A stretch of 64,000 bases of DNA, taken from assembly GCA_036172245.1 (NCBI GenBank), contig JAYWIR010000020.1:1116001-1180000 (forward strand), written 5' to 3'. The notes under the pieces are model-generated. The model did not search any database. It was not told the DNA's origin and saw only the letters and a program-made list of their open reading frames with translations. The stretch's first letter is position 1. Each line of letters opens with the position of its first letter. The position numbers and the translations under genes were made by a program. The stretch comes from Raillietiella orientalis. Lineage: Eukaryota. Shown one piece after another: positions 54,601-64,000 of this stretch.

Positions 54601-57600
54601 GCTTCAAGATGCAACACTTTTGAAATCAGGAAGTCCAGAACGGCTTGCGAGGACGCGCCACTTCTCTGTAGCTACGTACGACTAGTGGTATATTACAGCA
54701 CATCAAGAGTGCTTTCCTTCCCGTGAAAGCCAAAATATTCTCTCCAAACACTCTTCTTGTCTGCAAACCATCCCTGTTATATGCCATTTGCTATGAGCCA
54801 AAGTATAAATCCTGGTTTAAGAAATCTCGGGATGATGATTCATGAACTTTCATCTTGTGATACACTACAAATGTTCCGCATTATTGCAATAGCAGGAAGC
54901 CTCGTTCCCTATTTCTTGGTTCGCAGGCTGCATAGTGACAGGCATCCTGGTCTTGGGCTTCATGCCTCACGCAAAAAGTATACTGTTTGATCACGAGGAC
55001 GGAAGACTCTGATCTTGACGAAGACGTCGACGTACACCGTCCACTTTGGGTACTTCGATCCTGTGCCTATCTGCACTCTGCTCATTTCCGTTCAGCCTGT
55101 CAGGTCACTTGGAGAGCAAAACGGAAGAACTGTGTTCCGACTGCAAACATCGTTCACCCAGAGGCAATTGCCAGTGGCCATGCTTCATTTGCCGCCCTAC
55201 AAGTTTTGCAAAAAAAGAAAAAATACGAGTCAACTTCAAGAAGAACCTTCTCCTTCTTGTTCTTTGCCGCGGTAAATGGTCTGGATTCAGACACTCTTTT
55301 TTACGCAAGCTTCTTTGCCTCATTATCAGTCCTTTTTTACAGCAGACTCGCATGCACGTCGCAAATTGGGCAAAGCAGACGAAGCTCTTTTCGAAAACGG
55401 AAATATACTTCGGTTTGAAGGCAGCGTAAATTCCGGGATGCAGTTTTGAGTGCGCATCTGTACCAATGTAGCTCTTCACTTTGAAACAAGCTGATGAACC
55501 GAAGACGTTTAGCCGTTCACATGGATGAGTTCCCGCGAATGGATTCTATAATTTACGTTTGCTTGTTAGCTAAGCTCAGTACTTTCCTTCATTAGATCCC
55601 ACTCAATTTGGATCTCGAAACTTCATCTTTAGTTCTCTGAATCCGAAGTCTCCTCCCCCCAGAAAGAAGCTTTTCAATTTACATTCGGTATTTACTCTTT
55701 AGCCGCACACCCCCGACTCTTGCAATAGCTGCCACCATCCGTTTCCTTCTTTCAAAATTACATGCAGCGTGCTATGCAAGAAAGACACCTACAAATTCGC
55801 GAGAAACGAACGCCAAATCATTTAAATCGGCTCTTAACTCAATTCTTCGACTTGATTGCTTTTAATTCAGTAATCTTACTGTTTGAAAGCGGTAACAGTG
55901 TGTGTTCCCTGGTCATTGGAATAGGTTTCTACGAAAGGATGCTATTGTGAAAACTAAAAATAAAAGGGTGCATCCTAACTCCCAGCATCCCTTGTTGTGT
56001 TTACTTTGTTAAGTCTTTTTTACCAAAACAAATGAAAGCATGTTTGCTCTTGGAAGAAAAAGAATATGGAAACGGAAACTTCGTGAAGGGTTCTCCCACT
56101 AGCTGTTTTAATTGCATTTTAGGAGAAGGAGTTATTTTTGGTCCAGGTACCTTGAGATGCTGAACCGCAGCATGGAACTGAACCGGAGTAAGCAATTTCA
56201 ATGAGGGAACGTTCCTCGAGTCTTGCCGGTCCAGAAAGATCCGATTCGGCGCCGTCTCAGGTGACTTAATTGGGATGTAAATTACGAAATGAGGCGACTG
56301 ACAAGGCGTAGCCCCGCGTCGATATTGGACGCTTCCCATTCACAAAACAAATTCATTTCAAGACTAGTGGATGAACCGAATGTATATATCTACACATCCT
56401 GTGCCATGACAAACCTCGAATTCATTAATTTTCCTCCGCCTGCATTCGCTCTACATCAAAAGCTGAAGACTGGCAGCTCAATACTGCCGGTCTATTTTTA
56501 GAACGTCTGAACCGCAAGGCGGGAAAAGATTGCACGGAAGTATCTGATGCTGCACAAACACAGAAGAAGCACTTCAGGGATCCTGATCCGTCTTTGACGA
56601 AAGGACGTAATTTTTCACGACTCAATTTCCATTATCTTCCTGTTCTCCCGGAGGTTTCAGTTTTAAACGTCCGGTCATTACGTTCGAAACAAACAGTAAA
56701 GCTCCACGGCTGGAACCATCACGCTAATGTGAAAGGGAAAATTCATGAAATGAAGGTGTTGCTCTGGCAATCTATTGGTTATGACGATTTAGGGGAGGGG
56801 GGACCTCTGAGACGTTCTCATGAGGTGACCCCTATTGTGAGACGAGTAGCAGGAACAAAGAGCAAAGATATGGAATGGAATTCTCGAGCTGCGCCTGATT
56901 CCAGAATCATACTGCTCATGCGGTGATTTTGACGAATCTCAGGCTCAGAGCACAAAGCTGCTAACGATCTTGTGGGGTCATATGGTGACAACTGATCTGG
57001 ATGTGTTAGAATTCGGCACTCCAGTGAATGGACGCCTTGGAACGAGGAGCTCCCGTTCAAGGAAGCTCAGAAAAGTGATGCAGCGATGACATTTTATTGG
57101 AATAGATCAGAGAGTTGCCGTCATGTTATTCACGTTTTCATCCAAGTCATCTTTTAGAGCCCTCAGCATCCGTGGGGAGCTGCAGCAATACGAATCGACT
57201 CGAGGAATTCCGGCCCTCCCATGCTATAGGAAAACAGCCGAGAACTTACAAATTCAGTCCTCCCTTCGATGCACTCAAATTTAAATCCAAGAGGAGTCAG
57301 AAACTTGACTTTTGTGAATTTCTGACTCCTCTTGAATTTAAGTTGTGAATGACGCTTGTGAATCCACTATTATAAATAAAGAATTTGTGGCAGCTTGAAG
57401 CGGGAGTGAAAGGAAGAACAATTGCCAAGTAAAACTGTTGGTTTCTTGATTTCCCCTGAGGAGGTGGCACGTTGCAATGGGTTCAGCAGGATGTCAGGCG
57501 CATCAGCGTATTGACAGCATCGACAGTTGCGTCGCAACGTACGTTATCCCTGTGAGTGCAAAAACGTAACCTCCTGTGGCTTCCTCACGCATTCTGACAT

Positions 57601-59281
57601 GAAATATTAAGTCCGACATGAAATGTCCTTACTCTAACCGGGAGCGTTGGGGTGTCAAAATCCTTCGTTTTTCCCTTCTCCCTAACATGTAATCCTAAAA
57701 TGGCGAAGAAGCTTTTGGGAACTCTTCGGAAAAGACTCTAGATTTCAAGGATACTAACTATCCTTCCTTTCTGGAATACGCATAAAGCTGTAGCAACGAA
57801 TCCACCGAGAAATCGTTGGAAATTCTCAGTTAATGAGAAGTTTCAATCGTCTCCTGGCTCGATTCACACAACCATATGGGTTTCTACTTTCTACTGAGCA
57901 GCCATTGAGACTGAAAGAAGGAAATCTGAGAGCATTGCGTCCTCCGAGACAGCCTGTAAACGAATCTCTCGTGTGAAGGCAGTCACTGGACAAGCGCTAT
58001 TTTTCACGAGGCCGTCTTTTGACTTTACACGGAAAACTTAGGAGAAGCCACGAAACTGCCGAGGACGCCCACAGTACGAAGTGCACCTGAAGTTCATGAC
58101 ATTGAAATAGAATAGTTGATATAGGTAGATTTCGAGGTAGATGAATAGATGATTCGAAATTGCTGATCACCGGTTCAAAAATAACATGCGTTGAAACTTC
58201 CCGGCCAACATGGAAGGCACTTTTAACACGCGGAGATTGCTTTTGCTTTGAGAAGATTGCCTTTAGTGAACATGTATACATCCGTGTTGCATCAATTGAA
58301 GAGTTTCCAAAAGTGGATGTTGCTGCGAGCGTAACAAACATCATTTCTCCATGCCGACGCTCGCGGGAAATTCAATCCCCCATTCGTCTGCATGGGCCAC
58401 ACTCGATCTAAAATCAGGCGCCCCATAAATGAGATTCGTAGCGATCCGGAGCCAATGTCCGGCTCGCTTAGTTTTCGATTCAAAGTCCCTCTTCAATTGC
58501 CGCATTGACTACTGGGCACAGTGATGGCATCAAGCAAACTCCCATCGGAGGAGTTGGGGAAACATTTCCGTTCGAAAAGACGAAATTTTGGAAAATTCGG
58601 TTCCGAAGGATATTTCCCCCCCCCCCCCCTTCCTTCTTTATGCAAGAGCATTGACCGAAATGAGAAATTTACTTTCCAAGCCTGTGGGTGAGGTTGTGGA
58701 TCTTAGATGGCGTACAGATGTGATTTGCCACTTGAAAAAAAAAAAAAGAATTCAGTTTTCCAACTGGGACGCACAATGGTTATTGTGCGTTCACGTGGGC
58801 ATCAGTTATCAGCACCATGGCAATCTTCTCATGGTTCAGAAAGTTACGCAGGCCTCATTTCCCTAGTGTCGCTTCAGATCTTCAAAGACTACCTTGCTGG
58901 GAGTCTTTCTCTTACTGTTAACATCATCTGGGTCCGGCATCACAAGTCAATTTTTTGTTACATTTTTTTGTGCCTTTTATTTTGTTTTCTGCTAAGTATT
59001 ACAAAAGAGACAAAACTGCGGTGCTGTCTTGATGCAGCAGCTAGTAAAATAGATTCAGCCACAAACACAGGCTTCCCACGAATTGGCCTATGGAGTGCTT
59101 TCCAGCAACACTTCAAATGAGTTGTCATCATATTCTTTTGATCCGATGATTAGACTCCTGGTAGCTCATGTTAACATTCACGGTACCTACTATCATGCTG
59201 ATTAATTGCAAATTCATGTTTACAAGATCTTCTTCATCATTCGTATCGTTGAGAGAAACTCTGAAAAGTTAGCGTGAAACA

Positions 59282-59958
59282 TTGGGAGTCACTGCTACTT
59301 GTATTCGAAAACTGCTCTCTCCTCTGCTACGAATCCAGGAAGGCTCGGAGTCCGTTTCTCTCACTCTTGGGGAGGGATCCCCCCTTCAAGGGGGATCGCA
59401 CCTCCCACCCTGGTTGTCTCTGAAGGGAATCTCTTTCCTCATTCTCTCCGGAGGGAGCACCCCGGAAGGGGAGTGGTTCTCTCCATTTCATCTTCGAAAG
59501 GAACCCGGAAAGGATCCGCTAGTGGGAATTTCTTCTCTGTAGGGAATCGCTCTCGTTTGATTCCTTGCACTCTTCTGGAGAGGCGGAGACTCGGAGGGTC
59601 CCCAACGCAACAGGGGGGGGGTCCGCTCCTTTAAGAAACTGGAGAGGTGCCTGTGGAGGCTCCTGCTCCATCTTGAAACCGGAGGGGTCCGCTCTTCGTT
59701 GTACGACTGGAGGGGGAACTCCTCACTCCTTGATTCCTGGAAGGACCCGAAGGTCGACTCCCATTGTTCTGGACTTCATCGGGGGTCTCCGGCTTAAACG
59801 ACCACCGGTGCCACGCTCGAATGCCTCGGCCAACCAGCGCCATTGCAGGAGAAACTCGGAATCCAACGACGCAGTGGCGTCAGTTTCTGCATGAGTATTC
59901 GAACCCGCGACGCGTGGTGGCACGCGCGGAAGCCTTAACCACAAAACCTCCAGCGCGG
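59282..59958 (+). mobile_element. GC-rich fragment, possibly ORF1 of the same LINE family
   Basis: Sharp GC-rich block. Weak matches to the reverse complement of 800-1480 (tgaagggaat; RRSTP; FLHEYSN vs LLREVSD). Confidence 0.3.
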
Positions 59959-59996
59959 ACCAATTGCTATTGGAACGTATTCCAATAGCAATTGGT
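59959..59996. repeat. Perfect inverted repeat, 17-bp stem, 4-nt loop
   Basis: accaattgctattggaa-cgta-ttccaatagcaattggt. Confidence 0.95.
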
Positions 59997-62900
59997 ACTC
60001 AGTCTCTCACTGTGCTTACGGACATGTTTCTCAGCATGTTTTCACACTGAGGAAACTCGTCCTTTCAATGAAAATCTGAGACACAAGATCACACTGCATT
60101 TCGATATCCCTTCCACTTATCAGGATGATCGAATCTCCGTTGACATCAAGCAATCTACACAACAGATAAATTCTTGAAGTAATTTTTCCTTGAATTTGAA
60201 ATCTAGGACCTTAAACTCTACTTTCAACACTACCGATTGAGCGAGATGCATTTTTCCCGTAGAATGCTTCTCTCAGTATTACTGTATTCTTTGAACAGTG
60301 TTTTCTATTTTTACTCTAAAATAGAGATGAATATGGAAAACTTTCCTGATGCGAAAGCACTTTAAAAAATGACCATCAAATTGAATAAGAGCATTACGTC
60401 TGAAATGGTGTTCGCTCATTACTCCAGGAGTAATGAACGCGTTGCAATAAGAACATAAATGAGCTCTTAGGTTCTTCAGGGATTTTCTGATCATATGGCG
60501 CAACTCTCTTCCAATTTCGGCAATTCTAAATACACCTGAAAATGTTGCAGTTCATATAGGTTTGATCATTTTATGAGTTCCAGCAGCCGACTGCAAACGC
60601 AATCCACCCAAAAGAACGAATCTGATTGTGGTTTCTCGTTCTCACATGTGGTGCTCCGAATCGTTTAAACTGCTCGCCATCAGAGGTTCGATTCTCCTAT
60701 GGGGTTGCCGAATGTGGACGAATGAAATTTCACGATAACAAAAGATTAATGCAGCATAATAATGAAAATCGAAAACACTGCAAGGATGCAAGAGAAATGG
60801 ATATACTGGTCAATGTAGATAGTGTTATTTGTAGCTAACCGCTACTTGGTATCACATCTTGGGACCATTTTTGTGCTTCTCTTTAGTTCTCTTCTGTGTC
60901 TCTGTATCTCGTCAAAGTATCTCGTCAAGCTCGGCACACAATTCATCTCGTCTTTCCTCTTTACTACAACAAAAATGTCTGTTCCATGGCTGAATATATC
61001 AATCGCTTTTCAAGAAACGAGTAACCACATTTGCGAAGAATTCGATTTTTGCCACCTACTCTTGAAATCGCGAGTTCAGTTTTGGGAGCATCGAGAATGC
61101 TCACCATGAGTCAGCTTATCCATTGAGCATGATCGTAAGAATTCTATCATCCAAAATATTCCATCACCCACTATTCAGTATTGCATTTTTCTTTGGTCGT
61201 CGCTCTGCAACTCTGAATGTAACAAAGTTATTCAAGTATTTATTGGCTCTTGAACGGGACACTCTAGCGCTTCTAAAAGGCTGTTTTAGACTAGAATCAT
61301 CGAAATAGTCTTCTGTTCTAAAGAAAGAAAAAAAATGCAAAGAAACCTTGAAAAACAATCTTCTGCTCTGCTGAATTTCCGAATTAGCTCTCATCGTTTT
61401 GCAGAGTAAGCACCTTTTGCATTCTCGCCTGTTTCTAGGCTGATGATCATAATTATTAAAATAATGATGGCCATCAGATAAACAGTACAAGGGATCAGCA
61501 CACTGATATTTGCTTTCCGGGATTACTACTCATAACGGTCTTGAATTGCTTCAAAGTGAATATTCATCCAAACTATAACCTTGTTAAATCTCTAACGAAC
61601 CCTGATGACCGTTGTAGGATTTCCTTTTGAGGAATTCAACACGCTAAAAGGGAATTTTTCGTCATTCGATCTTCAAGGCTAAAGTAGTTATCACTTGCAA
61701 TCTATATCACCAATGTGGACAACATTTCCACCCTCGTGAGTGATTCGAAACTGCATCCAAGGCAGAGAATTTATTTCCGGGTAGCAAATATGCTTATGGT
61801 GGTATCGAAGACCACATGATTCTGTTGCCACTCTTAGATTGACCAAGTTTCGTGCTTCCGGAGGCTGTAGGCATTCCACTGCTGAAATGCAGGGATTTCC
61901 ATATGGGAAATTCGATGAAGGCATGCACTTGGGAACCACTTGTAGCACAAAGAGTAAAAGTGCACGTTGATGACTTTGGGTCGAAGTCATTTGGCCATTC
62001 TGGAGCGAATTTCAGTGACCACAATAAGCCACAGAGCAGAATTTCAAATCAATTTAGAATACCTCTTCCAGAAACGTTTCCCCCCTTTTGATAAACTCGA
62101 GAGGCGCCTTTGAAATCTTCCCTCCCCTTTGCTTCCACCAACACGGTGAGCAGTTATTCAAGCTTATCAAAGCAGTGATCTGTCATTCATCTAAAGGTCG
62201 CCTTATGGAACCAAAAGAGCCGACATCATGGAATGGAATGCGTTTACAGATGATAAATTCGCTCAATGGAAAATAAAGCAGTTCGCACGACTTGCTTTGA
62301 TTCATAAAATGCGCACAAAAGAAAGAAAGAGAAAAAGAAGCATTTATGAGAATTCTGCTATCAGCAAATCTCGCTCCCACATGGCGCACTCCATTTTTTT
62401 TTTCCTTCTTCTGAACTGCAAATGTGCTGGAGTCCATTACTGTTGCGAATGATAGCTGAATGAGTTTGCTATTAAACTAAAGACTCATCACTCAGGAGGA
62501 CTCGATCCAGTGTATCCATCCAGTGAATTTACTGCAGGGATCGTGTGTCACGTTTCATCGAAAATCCTTGCGGATTTTCTGTAAAATTTGGATTCAGGCA
62601 CCAAAAGCTACCCACGCACTATGGTTTGAGATGATTCTGGAAGGCATATCGGAATGCTGTCCATCGCGTCCATTCCAGCTGAACCACACTTCCGAGTGCT
62701 CTCACAGTGATCATGGCTTCTGCTGGAAATTTTCATGGCTCCAAGAGATTTTTTTTTTTTTTGGCAATGGAAGGCAACAACATGAAACTTTCATCGGAAT
62801 AGAAAATTTCTCCCATTGGAAGTGGACACGTTTTTTTCTTGTTTAAAGTGAAAGAATGGAGTTGTGGTTTTTTTAGGTGCTGAGATTTCTTATTCCGTTC

Positions 62901-63064
62901 GTTGTACATTAAGGAATGGTATTTGAGGAATGAGCGTTTGTTGAGAAGGGACGGAGGGAAAGAATTCCTGAAGTGTTTCAAGCTCGGAATGAAAAGTTCG
63001 AACTTCGTTGTTTTCGAATGGCAAATCAAACAAACACTCTTCAGGGAAAGACAGATTTTCATGG

Positions 63065-63327
63065 TTTGGCCTTGAAAGTTTCACAAAGGCTTGCGACGCT
63101 ATTGACGCTGGAAACGCATCGCATGCTGTAAAAGAGAGCCTTCTGAGCAAACTCACCCTTCACTTCCCGGTTGACCAAATTCGAGCTTTTTGCAAAAACC
63201 TTCCCTAAAAGAAGGAATACCGACAAAGGAATTCGCCTAAGGGATCTAAACAAGACTAGCCTCGGAGCAAATCCTGACTTGCTAATAACCTTTGCTGTTG
63301 CTTGGGAATGCTGGCAGCGCAAAGAAG
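63065..63327 (+). pseudogene. Possible death-fold domain pseudo-exon
   Basis: KESLLSKLTLHFPVDQIRAFCKNLP[frameshift, TAA 63206-63208]RRNTDKGIRLRDLNKTSLGANPDLLITFAVAWECWQRKE ends at a strong donor AG|gtaagc (63328). Confidence 0.25.
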
Positions 63328-64000
63328 GTAAGCCTAAATAGGAAGTGTTGCAACATGGCAGCACGGACTCTGTAAAGTGTTCAAGGAATTCAAGGCTGCG
63401 ATGTGGAGACACTTTTTTTTTTCCCTCTGATACGCGTCGATGGACCACTCGCCGTGGTGGTGGCGAAAGTAAAATTCCCAACTCTTAGAGAAACGGGAGA
63501 GAGTCGCGGCCTAGAGGGTCTTTTCGAGAGAAAATCTGTTGATTTGAGATATTCCAGTGGCACTCGGAGATTGTGGTGCTTATGAGTGCGGCGCTGCCTC
63601 ACCGGCGCTGGGGCGACCGGGAGGTGTTGGAGTAACTGGGATCAGCATGTCACCCTTTGCCCATGCAGTAAGAAGTTCGCGTTCGCTCACGGGATTTATG
63701 GGTCCCAGAAGAAGTGATAGCTTATCGAGAGAATATCAAGAGACACCGAAGGATATGATGGCCTGGATATTTGTTTCTTTCGTTCGAAAGAGGCGAACAA
63801 AGCAACCCGTGGATTCCTCCGTTCTTTTTTCTTTTGATAGCACAGCCCAGAAGTCGGAAAGAGTATGTGACATTTCCTCTCTCCCTGCTCGAACTTATCT
63901 CACAAGTTACAATCGCATGATGCTAATGGGTTGGCAGGCTTCGGTTTTTATTTCTAAATTGCTAAATTTTAAAATAATTCACAGTTGGTTCCGGAGTTTG

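Overview
Eukaryotic, most likely arthropod (crustacean/insect-like), genomic DNA; not prokaryotic. The only confidently coding sequence is two minus-strand exons of a Shal/Kv4 voltage-gated K+ channel gene. Exon 14805-14967 encodes the end of the pore loop, S6 and the proximal C-terminus. Exon 2504-2689 encodes the cytoplasmic C-terminus with the HHHLL dileucine motif. A 12.1-kb intron separates them. The upstream T1-S5-pore exon(s) were not found, so 14968-64000 is probably part of one intron of more than 49 kb. The introns carry heavily decayed mobile DNA: at least four pieces of a related APE-type non-LTR (LINE) family, two possible LTR-retrotransposon protease remnants and a probable SINE-like family. 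There are also low-confidence antisense relics of NACHT-like and death-domain-like genes, microsatellites, several GC-rich islands and a set of near-perfect short-loop hairpins. Nearly all six-frame ORFs are spurious. I did not find an intact novel biological system. All repeat and pseudogene calls come from by-eye motif reading and need computational confirmation.
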